The notes beneath the pieces were generated by a model that worked only from the letters and a program-made list of their open reading frames with translations, did not search any database and was not told the origin of the DNA. A DNA stretch of 63,332 nucleotides, filler included, from Octopus bimaculoides (Eukaryota): NCBI RefSeq assembly GCF_001194135.2. It is 4 parts of 3 records of this genome, joined end to end, with 100 filler letters (N's around TTAATTAATTAA, not from the genome) between each part and the next. Parts side by side here need not be neighbours in the genome. Positions count along the whole stretch, not along the records: positions 1 to 17,516 come from NC_069003.1; positions 17,617 to 32,462 come from NC_068982.1; 2 more parts are not named here. One strand, 5' to 3'. The translations under genes were made by a program, and so were the position numbers. Positions 12,091 to 23,881 of the stretch are shown here, piece after piece. The number at the start of each line of letters is the position of its first letter. The stretch's first letter is position 1.

Positions 12091-12599
12091 CTGGCAACAG
12101 AAAGAAAAAAGATCCAACTTCATTACTCTTACTACCATCACCATTTTGAAGAAAGAGGCAGCCTCAGTATGGTCACTCAGACCATGTCTACCTTTCCGTC
12201 TTGCACAAGTCAGATGGAATTTATTGAGGCAGATTTTCTATGGCTGGATGCCCTTCCTGTCACCAACCCTCACCTATTTCCAAGCAAGATAATATTTCCC
12301 CATGGCTGGACAAAGTTTTACAGAAAATTGAAAAACACCTCTTTGATAGTTTACCACTATCATATGATGTCAAGACGATGATGGAATCACACACATCATT
12401 TCAACACCCACTTTTCCATGCTTGCATGAGACCAAATTTTGTTGAGGCAGATTTTCTATAGCAAGTTGCCCTTCCTGTCACCAAGCCGTACCGGTTTCCA
12501 AGTAAGGTAATATTTCCCTGTGACTAGACACGACTTTATGGGAAGAGTGGAAATAAAGAACACTGCTTTCATGACAGACATCCATTTACAGCTATCCTG

Positions 12600-12800
12600 T
12601 AATGTTGAGGCAAGGAGACAATAGACACACACACACATACAACAGGCTTCTTTCAGTTTCCGTCTACCAAATCTACTCACAAAGTGTTGGTCAGCCAGGG
12701 ATTATGGTAGAAGACACTTGCACAAGATGATACACAGTAGGATTGAACACAAAACCATGTGGTTGGGAAGCTTATTAACCACAAAGCAATGCCAACAACT
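12600..12800 (-). mobile_element. tRNA-derived SINE family B head fragment
   Basis: caggcttctttcagtttccgtctaccaaatctactcacaaag..gaagacacttgcacaag..aaccatgtggttgggaag is the reverse complement of the head of the copy at 49744. Confidence 0.7.
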
Positions 12801-12951
12801 ATGCATTACACACACAGATATGTGTGTGTGTGTACTTATATACATACACCATACACACACACTTTATAATTCCCAGTAGGTTATCATTGTCCAGTTTACT
12901 TCAGTACAATGATTAAGCAAAACTATGTCTAGTAATACTAGTTATAATATA

Positions 12952-14325
12952 CACCCAAAACCACGATAATAGTTTAGGAGTGAAATTTAGGATTTCTCAG
13001 TGTTCTGTGAATCAATTTTGATAAAACCTTTTCCAGCTGGTTTGCATCCTATGGCAACACCATTGTTATGTTTTCATTATTCTGTTTTATTTTATTTTTA
13101 TTTCAAATTCTTCAGTTTTTTTTAATGAAAATAGCCCATCTAGATATTTTTTTTCAGCATACATTGAGTATATATTTAACAGAAAACCATAATAATATTA
13201 TAACATTTACTAACATGATAAATTATTTAGCCACATGAGCACCAAGAAAGAAACGATCTGATTGTGGGACCTCCAAGACTATGACAGCTAGGATTTAAGG
13301 AATATTGGCTCCAAGTTATGTGGGAAACCTGGAGAAACAAGCAAAGTTATTTTCATTGCCTCCAGACTTCATGTACCAAACACCAACAGAAATCGCATTT
13401 TGGGACCATTGTGCAAGGACCCCTGAAACTGCCTCCTCATAGGAGTTTGAGGCTTCAGTGAACCCAAAATTACATGATGTTAGACACGAGTTGTGTTCTG
13501 TTCAAACAAAACCAGGATAGCCCTTGACAAACCTGATGGTTGGGTCTATTTTGGAGATGAGTATCACCATCATTTACGTCAACAACAGGGTGGTCGTGGG
13601 CTGGTGTCATTGGGGACAGACTTGTTGACCCAGTCAGGGTGCCTGAAGAGGTTAAAGTGACTACAGCCACCTACCGCAATCTCCTGAAGGTCTTGGATCA
13701 CTGGCTAGATGACATACTGCTGTCACTTCTAAGGAATCTCGTATTCATGCATGACCATATTCCCTCCCACTCTGCTAGGACCACCCAAATATTCGCAGTC
13801 TTACAGCATACAAGGTAAAAGGTTGATGGTGTGGCCACTAGCATCTCTGGATCTCAACACTATCAAAAATCTTTGGTCCCTCATTAAATAAGATGTTTAT
13901 GCTGATGGACTCCAACGTGCTACTATCAAGAAATTGACAGATTCCATGACTAACAGGGTTTTTGAAGTTATCCGTCGAAATGGCACTCATGTGGCTAAAT
14001 AATCATTATGTCAATAAATGTTATCATATCGTTATGGTTTTGTTAAATATATACTCAATGTATGCTTAATATGTATCATTACCCTTCATTTTCTGAAAAA
14101 AATGTCTAGATGGGCTATTTTCATTCAAAAGCTACTGGTGTGGTTCACCCAAAAACTGAAGAATCTGAAATAAAAAGGAAAGGACGTTACACAGAATAAT
14201 AAAAACATAACAATGATGTTGCCATAGGGTGCAAACCAGCTGGGAAAAGTTTTATCAAAATCAATTCACAGAAAACAGAGAAATCTTAAAATTTCACTCC
14301 TAGGCTATTAGCATGGTTCTGGGTG
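12952..14325 (+). mobile_element. Tc1-like (DD34E-type) DNA transposon with about 200-bp TIRs, internally deleted and defective
   Basis: Inverted repeats at about 12952-13155 and 14095-14325. Internal remnant WAGVIGDRLVDPVRVPEEVKVT..NLVFMHDHIPSHSARTTQ..HVAK-stop. Left flank TA, right flank CA. Confidence 0.85.
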
Positions 14326-14629
14326 CAGAACAAATGTAGAAATTATTCCTTTTACAGTTGTCCAACTTAGTTTTCCTTCTTCCCTTTCCTCAATTACAAT
14401 CTTGATTTGTTCTCTTTTTTCTCTATTGTTGTCATTATTTTTAGCCCTTTTTAACTTTCCTCGCTAATTGCTTGCTTTCTACTTTCCTCACATAATACAA
14501 ATTGTCTTGACATCTAGTCAATTCTAGACAATCTTTGTAGCAGAATGTAATAAAGTATTCCTGGTGATCTATTGTAATTAAGCATGTAATGCAGACTTCC
14601 TAACAATCACAATGATGAAACATATAAAG

Positions 14630-14847
14630 CAGTGGTTCTGAACCATTTTTTACCTTATGGACTCCTTTGATTTGTTTTACTCTTGTGGCCCTTTATGTTA
14701 AGAAAATGTCTATTGTATTCTTATAATTAAATATTATAAAGAATTGTATAAAAACAATAAAATATTTCGAGTATAGTAGAAGCATAACCAATTTATTGTT
14801 AGAATTTAACAATAAAATCTTGTATGGACCTTTGTTGAGAACCACAG
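14630..14847. mobile_element. hAT-type MITE
   Basis: TIRs cagtggttctgaacc / tgttgagaaccacag; 8-bp flanks atataaag / atataaaa. Confidence 0.7.
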
Positions 14848-15049
14848 ATATAAAAGAACAAATAATATAAACTTGTGTTTATTGCAATTTCTCCTATACA
14901 CACGCTTTTCAGACTGAACACTAGCCACATCAATGCCAACTGCACCACTAATGGGAAAAGAGAGTGAGTGGGAGAATAGCCTAAAAATATATCACGACTC
15001 CCTCTCATTCCCTACAAAACTTCCTTAACACACACTGATCCTGACATAC

Positions 15050-15115
15050 CTCTTTAATTGCTTCAGCAATACAACAACCATCAATTCTTTTCTCATCAGA
15101 GATATACAGGAAGAT
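15050..15115 (-). CDS. ESCO1/2: Eco1/ESCO acetyltransferase, third-from-last coding exon (absent from the ORF track)
   Basis: 66 nt, acceptor ctctacttgcag, donor GAG/gtatgt, phase 0 to 0. Encodes IFLYISDEKRIDGCCIAEAIKE, corresponding to the vertebrate ESCO2 segment [21 protein letters not shown] (recalled from family knowledge). Joins in frame to the 11912-12090 exon. Confidence 0.93.
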
Positions 15116-16411
15116 CTGCAAGTAGAGAGTGAGAGAGACTTGAAAATATTAAAATATTTTTTTTTTAATCTGCCAATTCATGTAATATAAAAAGACAAAA
15201 AGCTGGTTCTGAAAGGGGCTACTCTATCAATTGGAATTAACCGTTTTCATTAACAGTTTTTTTTCAACCACCAGTGTAACTTGGAGTTTATGTAAAGGAA
15301 AGCTTTCTATTACTCAGAACGTATGAAACAAGAGTTAACTAACAGTCAAAATAAACATTGATGTTTAGGACAAATTTATGAAAATGATTTGGACAGGAAA
15401 AATGTTAAAAACAATGTGCTCCAGTACTCAACATCTCATTAGGGGCCACCACCACCATCATCATCCAGCAACAAGAGGATATCTTAATAAAGAGGAACAT
15501 TATTATTAATTAACCCTTTGCTTGTCCAGAGCATTTTCATGAGCATTCTAAATGCCCATGCTTGTTTCCAGACTTTTATTCAGCCCTTGTTTCTAAGTAA
15601 TATAAAGCTCTCCTTTCCTAAGTTACTCTGGTGATGGAAAAAATTGGAAATGTATCATATATGAAACATGGGCACCAAGGAAGTATGTTTTGTGTATTAT
15701 GTGATACACAGGACAGGCAAGCTCCTAATCCACAGCCAAGTAGTAAGGTGCCCTGCCCCCATGAAGACAGCATAAAAAAATGAGGACTTGTCAGCTCAAA
15801 AAAACACCAACCCCATCAAAACTTTTTGTAAAATGAAGAACAAGCATTCTTTTTAGTAACAAAGGCAAAGAGTACAATTGTGAATATAAGTGGCCAAAAT
15901 AGGGTTGCTGTGAAAGATTTCTGGAATAATGTCATCATTCAACAGTGTGTGTAACTAAGGGATGAGAGTCTCTCCTATTCAACCTTTAACCTATCCATAT
16001 TGAAAAGTCCCAGTTCCAGTACTACAGATGTGAGTAGCATAAAGTAGAAAAGAATCACAAGATAGAATTTCAAACTGAGCCAATTGGCAAGTGATTTAGG
16101 GGTAGACCAGAACAAGATGGTTGGGTAATATTTGTAGTCTTAGTTGGTCATGCTTGGGAATCCATCTAAAAAGAGTAATGATGGTTGCTTCTGATAGGGC
16201 CATATGGAAGAGTCATCTAAAGACTCTACAACTTGCAGAAGACTGATAAGATGATTTTGGATAATGACCATAGTTTTTGATGGCTAAAATTGACGATGAA
16301 AGTTGCTCTCTGGAGAAGGTGCCTAAGAACTATCCGCATGTCTGCTATAAGAATAGTGAGCAGAGAAGATGAATCGACAAATCATTAAGATGTGTTTAAC
16401 TTTATTAATAA

Positions 16412-16920
16412 ACTAGCAGTATAGCCCGGCTTTACCCGGGATTAAGCTAGGATTATTAAGGTAATCAAGTTCTTTATTTGAAACCAACTAAGTAACATCG
16501 ATGTCAAATTTGGGCAAAATGTGTTGAAATTGGTAAACTTTTGGCTGAAAATGAGTTGCAGACAAGTTGATTGGGTTATCCCATAAAGAATTGGTTTATC
16601 GATTTTTTCCAGTCATCGATTTTTTTTTTTTTTTTCATTTTTGGAGAACTTAAAGCATTGAAAGATCTCATGAGTCCTAAGTAATGCTGGCATCAAGTTT
16701 GAACAAAAAACATCAAAATTTGGTAAAAGTTATGATTGAAAATGGGGTGTAGGCAATTTTATTGGGAAATCCTATAAGGAATCGGTTTATTGATTCAAAT
16801 TTTATCCTGATTAAATGGAAAACTCCATAAGGAATCAATTTATTGATTTTTCACCCCAAATAGGACTTAACCGAACACAATATTGCTGATTCAAAAACAT
16901 CTAAATTTACACTTTAAAGT
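16412..16920 (+). mobile_element. Probable non-autonomous Helitron/Helentron-like element with internal subrepeats
   Basis: Begins actagcagtatagcccggctttacccggg (ACTAG plus a short GC hairpin). Contains 2-3 diverged internal repeats (..cataaagaattggtttatcgatt / cctataaggaatcggtttattgatt / ccataaggaatcaatttattgatt). Class assignment is inference. Confidence 0.4.
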
Positions 16921-17516
16921 TTGTTTTCACACTCAACCCTGTTCTGCAGAATCAGTGTCGCGACGGGAGGTTTGTGCCCATCTCTACGTTCTGAGTTCAA
17001 ATTCCGCCGAAGTCAACTTTGCCTTTCATCTTTTCAGGGTCTAAAAAATAAGTACCAGTTGGACACAGGGGTCGATATAATCGACTATTCTCCACCTTCC
17101 CCAAGCCGCCCTTGTGGAAAAAAAATTCAAATAATAATAATGACCTCTGCCAATGAAATAATAATAATGACCGCATGGGTTGGGAGTTTGATCAGATTGC
17201 ACATGCCAGCCCTTTGAAAACACCACCCCCATCATCAATCCCCCTTTGCCTATGGGTCGGGAATCCTTCTAGCAAGGAAAATTAGATGCCCAAAAGGGCT
17301 CCTGATCATCTGTGTCAGAAGCGGTTATGTTCAGATCACAACTAAGTCTTAAGTGTATTGTGTTTTTGAACTATATGACGTACACTCACACGGACCCTGG
17401 CCTTTCAACTGGATTTTATGTACCCAACCGCCGGATTACCTTGGATTACTGTTCCCGTTGGATCTGCCTTTCCTGAACCTTGATTGAACATCAGCAAAAT
17501 TTGTCCGTGACTCTTA

Positions 17517-17616
17517 NNNNNNNNNNNNNNNNNNNNNNNNNNNNNNNNNNNNNNNNNNNNTTAATTAATTAANNNNNNNNNNNNNNNNNNNNNNNNNNNN
17601 NNNNNNNNNNNNNNNN
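17517..17616. other. Artificial scaffold spacer (44 N + TTAATTAATTAA + 44 N)
   Basis: Exactly 100 bp; the identical construct occurs at 32463-32562 and 46637-46736. Confidence 0.95.
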
Positions 17617-17675
<59 letters not shown>

Positions 17676-17906
17676 TATGTGTATGTGTTGGAGTGTATTA
17701 GTGTATGTGTGTGTATATTCATACACATACACTAATTGTAAATGCGTGTGTGTAAACCTATGTGTGTGTGTGTGAGAGAGAGAGAGAAGGAAAGAAATTA
17801 GCATTAAATCATTGTAACCATTATTATGTAGTACAGTAAAACCATGTACACATGTATGCATGTGTGCATGTATGTATGTATGTATTATGTATCTATCTAT
17901 CTATCT

Positions 17907-17977
<71 letters not shown>

Positions 17978-18839
17978 AACAATAAATGAGTGTATGCATA
18001 TATACGTACATGTATGTACATACCTACATCTACCTGTATATATAGATGCATATATATAGATGCAAAAAAAACATAGACAAATGATAAACAGAGTACAGAA
18101 AACACACAGGCCACTTAGAGAACATTTCCTTCATCAGCTGCCTCCATTCTAATACTGGCGTTTCGAAGAGTTAGGGCAGGACGCATCGATATATATATAT
18201 ATATATATATANNNNNNNNNNNNNNNNNNNNNNNNNNNNNNNNNNNNNNNNNNNNNNNNNNNNNNNNNNNNNNNNNNNNNNNNNNNNNNNNNNNNNNNNN
18301 NNNNNNNNNNNNNNNNNNNNNNNNNNNNNNNNNNNNNNNNNNNNNNNNNNNNNNNNNNNNNNNNNNNNNNNNNNNNNNNNNNNNNNNNNNNNNNNNNNNN
18401 NNNNNNNNNNNNNNNNNNNNNNNNNNNNNNNNNNNNNNNNNNNNNNNNNNNNNNNNNNNNNNNNNNNNNNNNNNNNNNNNNNNNNNNNNNNNNNNNNNNN
18501 NNNNNNNNNNNNNNNNNNNNNNNNNNNNNNNNNNNNNNNNNNNNNNNNNNNNNNNNNNNNNNNNNNNNNNNNNNNNNNNNNNNNNNNNNNNNNNNNNNNN
18601 NNNNNNNNNNNNNNNNNNNNNNNNNNNNNNNNNNNNNNNGTAATGTGAGTTGAGAGAGAAGACTAGCCACTAATAGTGGAAAACCACCAACGATCGCGTG
18701 CAGAGAATATTATGAAATGTTTCGATAAAATCTGTGGTTGCACTATCACCTGAAAGTCCATGTTAAAAGAGACAAACTCCAATTGGGAAACAATTGACGT
18801 GAGTGGGACATCTTCCCCAATCTACAAACAATGACAACG

Positions 18840-18879
<40 letters not shown>

Positions 18880-18921
18880 ATGTGAATGCATATATCAGGT
18901 TATTAGTCTCGCGACGCCTAA

Positions 18922-18964
<43 letters not shown>

Positions 18965-19116
18965 GTAGGGATAAGCAAGTTAGACAAGTCAATATGTAAA
19001 GTTTATTAAATACATAACATACAAAAAAATGCATATATGTTTACAGAAAAAAGGTCCGATTTAGACAGGATAGAAATGATATCGAGAATTAAAGGGGTTG
19101 AAGAAAATTATTACAA

Positions 19117-19184
19117 ATCCAACAGCTGTTTCTGGGGGCCGTTGGTCTAAAATAATGTTTGTAGATTGATTCCATCGTCGGATG
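19117..19184 (-). ncRNA. Degenerate Penelope-type minimal hammerhead-like motif
   Basis: Minus strand reads CCGACGA-UGG..CCA-GAAACAGCUGUU with palindromic ACAGCUGU. The core deviates from CUGANGA and the stem I register is imperfect. Confidence 0.35.
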
Positions 19185-20913
19185 AGACAAGCCTTCGTCT
19201 TTAGGGAAGAGATCCTACTTTTGAGATTTGAAATTTTGAAAGAAGGAAGTTCAAAGATGGAAGTATATATATATACACACATATACATACGTATTTATGT
19301 GCGTATATGAGTGTGTGTTATGACCACTAGTCACATTGCACTTCGCATTGTTTTAGCTTTCGAGTGATTCAACCCGATGGCTAGGTGATCAGATCAGCTT
19401 TCTCATTGAATGGAGCACCAGCCCGTCGCATGTTCATCTATTAGAACTGAGTGGACTGGAGCAATGGGAAATGAAGTGTTTTGCTCAAGATTATAACTCA
19501 CAGTTTGTCTGGGAATCGAACCTATTATTTTACGTTTGTGAATGCAACACGTTAACCACCAGGCCACTAGCCTTCATTTTCAAATACATATATGTATGTC
19601 ATTATCCAGTTTATTTCAAGAGAAAGAGCCGGTTTCTAACCTAGATCCAAGGCTCCTTCATTGGAATTCCAACATCAGCAACAGGGTATTTTTGTATGTA
19701 TGTATGTATGTATGTATGTATGTATGTACAGATTTGTATGTTTTATGTATGCATTCTCATGCATATAGTTGCATATCTAGACATGTTCATATATATTTAA
19801 ATGATAAACTTCTGGAAAGTTTTACAGATTTTCACAGTTTCAGTGATGGATTGGATCTGTAGTCTTCGAATTAGCTTTCTCCTTTCTGATTTTGAGAAGC
19901 CTAATTTCTCAAAATTGGTATTTAGGCAGTATGTTACATATCCCAGGATCCCAATAATTACAGGTATAAACCTGAACTTGTAATCTGGATAGAGTAACTG
20001 CAGATTTCTCAATAGTTCAGCATAGATGTTCTCTTTTTCACTGATGTATGTATGTATGTACGTATGTATGTATGTACGTATGTATGTATGTACGTAACAT
20101 CCTTTATCTTTTCTGAACTTTTACCTATCGTCTGTTACCATTTTGTCTCCGTAATTTGGTACACGCACAATTTTCACTATCCATCACCAACCCTAACCCA
20201 GTATGCATACATGCCTTCTCGCTGTATTATACTCCCATACATCAAAGCGCAACTTTTTATATTTCCATGTATTTTATGAATAAATATTTTGTTTTTATGT
20301 GCCTGCTCGTGTACCATCCTGAGCCATTAATACTTTATTAATGTCTGATTTACATTATAAGCCCACGCATACCATCCTTTATTGTATCCTAACACTTACT
20401 ACGCACACGATATTTATATACTAACCTCTTGCTTTTGACCAAATTTTCACCACTATTTTTACGAATAAACTTTCTCTACAGATTGACTATTTTATGAACA
20501 TCTGTACTTTCTATTCATTTCTTTTTATGTGTATCATATGTATTCATATGTTGTGTTTCTTTATGTTCTCTTTTATCTATCTAAGTGTTACCTCTACGTA
20601 TATAGTTGTATTACTGCCTCTTCTTTTTACTTATTTATATCCATGTTTCATTATTATAAACACGCGAGTGTTTTTGCATGTACTCTGAAGAATCTCGGTT
20701 CACATATCACACATATACGTATATATAAATTGATGTTAGGTGGTATATTTCTAAAGATCTACAAATTAATGCTCAATATTATGGCGTGTCTGTAGGCACT
20801 ACTGTACATTATACATGTACAAGTCCTACTTTGTTTTTATATGGACGTATCTTTACACCTGTAGATGTGTGAGAGTATGTACGTCTTTTATATGTTATTA
20901 TGTAGGGATGTAA

Positions 20914-21125
20914 GGCGGCGAGCTGGCAGAATCGTTAGCACGTCGGGCCAAAAGCTTAGTAGCATTTCGTCTGTTTTTATGTTCTGAGTTCAAATTCCGC
21001 CAAGGGCGACTTTGCCTTTCATCCTTTCGGGGTTGGTAAACTAAGTACCAGCCAACTACTGGGACGATGTGATTGACTTTCCCTCCCCAGCAAATTTCAG
21101 GACTTGTGCCCATAGCAGAAAGGAA
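20914..21125 (+). mobile_element. tRNA-derived SINE family A, full-length, CpG-intact
   Basis: A-box-like ggcggcgagctggcagaatcg, B-box-like gagttcaaattcc, body, and 3' gaaagga end. Other copies at about 16945-17150, 25600-25970, 26105-26230 and 40692-40907. Confidence 0.85.
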
Positions 21126-21627
21126 TACGTAGGAATGTATTTTAATGTATATCCAAAAATTATATGTAGGTGGACATATGCGTGTATACTTATTTCAATA
21201 CGTTGCATATTGATATTTATTTTAATTAATATTTCTAATTAATATTTATGTTGCATATTATATCTACTCGCATGGAACGTTAATGAATGTATAGTTGCTT
21301 ATCATAATGTGTACGTGGCTATAGACGTCTATGTACGCATAAAACTATGTAAGTATATATAGTTTTCCACTTGAAGGCATGAATGTGTGTATTTTTGTTT
21401 TTATCTTTGTTTTGATCTTTTTTACTTATTTCAGTCATTAGATTGCGGTCATGCTGGGGCACCGCTCTGAGGAACTTTAGTCGAATGAATCGACTTTAGG
21501 ACTTATTTTTTAAAGTCTAACGGTCACTATTGCCGAACCGCTAAGTTGCGGGGATGCAAACACAGCAACACCGGTTGTCACACTGTGGTAGGAGCAAACA
21601 CAGGGTCAACGACATACACATACCCCC

Positions 21628-21676
<49 letters not shown>

Positions 21677-21862
21677 GCGTGTTGTGTCGAAAACCAGCTG
21701 GAAAAAATGTTTTCCTGGGCTTAAAAAGTAGTAACATGGTCCTACTTAGAACTGTCACTTTACGTTGGCAAATAAACTATATTATATACATATATGTATG
21801 TATGTATGTATACGAGAATAAGAAATAGAAAGTCGTTGGTACAGTATTATATATTTGAAAAA

Positions 21863-21972
21863 ATGAATAGAAATGGCTTTTCTGATAATTTTTCCACTTT
21901 AATAATTAGATGTTTATAAGTTTATCTAATTATTAAAGTGGAAAAATTATCAGAAACCCCATTTCTATTCAT
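21863..21972. repeat. Inverted repeat: 49-bp arms, 12-nt loop
   Basis: atgaatagaaatggcttttctgataatttttccactttaataattagat (21863-21911) pairs with 21924-21972 with two mismatches. Confidence 0.9.
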
Positions 21973-22013
21973 GTGTGTGNNNNNNNNNNNNNNNNNNNNN
22001 NNNNNNNNNNNNN

Positions 22014-22068
<55 letters not shown>

Positions 22069-22129
22069 ACGTGTGTGTGTGTGTGTGTACATACATAAAC
22101 ACACTTTCGGTATTAAATTGCATCTGCTT

Positions 22130-22590
22130 ATATAAAAGTATTCAATATAATTCTTTCATTTTTTACTTGTTTCAGCCATTAGACTGCGGCCATGCTGGGA
22201 CACCGCCTTGAAGAATTTTTAGTCAAACGAATCAACTCCAGTACTTTTTTTCTAAAACCTGGTACTTATTCTATCGCCCTCTTTTGCTGAACCGCTAGGT
22301 TACGAGAACATAAACACAGCAACACTGGTTGTCAAGCATTGGTGGGGGACAAACATAAAGACACAAACACACACTCACTCACACACACACAAAACATACA
22401 CACACACAAAAATACACACATACACACACGCACACGTATGGTGGGCTTCTTTCTACTAATTCCACTCGCAAGGTATTGGTCAGCTCGAGGCTATATTTGA
22501 AGGTACCTACTCAAGGTGTCATTCAGTGGGACCGAACCCAGAACCATGTGGCTGGGAAGAAAACTTCTTGTCACACAGCTACGCCTGCGC
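22130..22590 (-). mobile_element. tRNA-derived SINE family B, near full-length
   Basis: Reverse complement of the element at 49744-50216, including the internal (CA)n tract. Other copies at about 21410-21640, 35250-35583, 39295-39685, 44895-45320, 49100-49320, 54480-54640 and 59190-59410. Confidence 0.85.
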
Positions 22591-22600
22591 GTAGGAAGAG

Positions 22601-22662
<62 letters not shown>

Positions 22663-23828
22663 NNNNNNNNNNNNNNNNNNNNNNNNNNNNNNNNNNNNNN
22701 NNNNNNNNNNNNNNNNNNNNNNNNNNNNNNNNNNNNNNNNNNNNNNNNNNNNNNNNNNNNNNNNNNNNNNNNNNNNNNNNNNNNNNNNNNNNNNNNNNNN
22801 NNNNNNNNNNNNNNNNNNNNNNNNNNNNNNNNNNNNNNNNNNNNNNNNNNNNNNNNNNNNNNNNNNNNNNNNNNNNNNNNNNNNNNNNNNNNNNNNNNNN
22901 NNNNNNNNNNNNNNNNNNNNNNNNNNNNNNNNNNNNNNNNNNNNNNNNNNNNNNNNNNNNNNNNNNNNNNNNNNNNNNNNNNNNNNNNNNNNNNNNNNNN
23001 NNNNNNNNNNNNNNNNNNNNNNNNNNNNNNNNNNNNNNNNNNNNNNNNNNNNNNNNNNNNNNNNNNNNNNNNNNNNNNNNNNNNNNNNNNNNNNNNNNNN
23101 NNNNNNNNNNNNNNNNNNNNNNNNNNNNNNNNNNNNNNNNNNNNNNNNNNNNNNNNNNNNNNNNNNNNNNNNNNNNNNNNNNNNNNNNNNNNNNNNNNNN
23201 NNNNNNNNNNNNNNNNNNNNNNNNNNNNNNNNNNNNNNNNNNNNNNNNNNNNNNNNNNNNNNNNNNNNNNNNNNNNNNNNNNNNNNNNNNNNNNNNNNNN
23301 NNNNNNNNNNNNNNNNNNNNNNNNNNNNNNNNNNNNNNNNNNNNNNNNNNNNNNNNNNNNNNNNNNNNNNNNNNNNNNNNNNNNNNNNNNNNNNNNNNNN
23401 NNNNNNNNNNNNNNNNNNNNNNNNNNNNNNNNNNNNNNNNNNNNNNNNNNNNNNNNNNNNNNNNNNNNNNNNNNNNNNNNNNNNNNNNNNNNNNNNNNNN
23501 NNNNNNNNNNNNNNNNNNNNNNNNNNNNNNNNNNNNNNNNNNNNNNNNNNNNNNNNNNNNNNNNNNNNNNNNNNNNNNNNNNNNNNNNNNNNNNNNNNNN
23601 NNNNNNNNNNNNNNNNNNNNNNNNNNATGTATATATATATATATAAATGTACATGTATATATAAATATACATACATACACACACATATATACATATACAT
23701 ATACATACATATACACACATATACATATATATATATATATACATACATATATATACATATACATATATATATACATATACATATACATATATATATATAT
23801 ATGTACATGTATACATACATATACTTAT

Positions 23829-23881
<53 letters not shown>

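Noticed and set aside
18120-18190. ctgatga and gaaacg motifs on the minus strand
   Set aside because: They occur in the wrong order for a single hammerhead, and the upstream context is lost in a gap.
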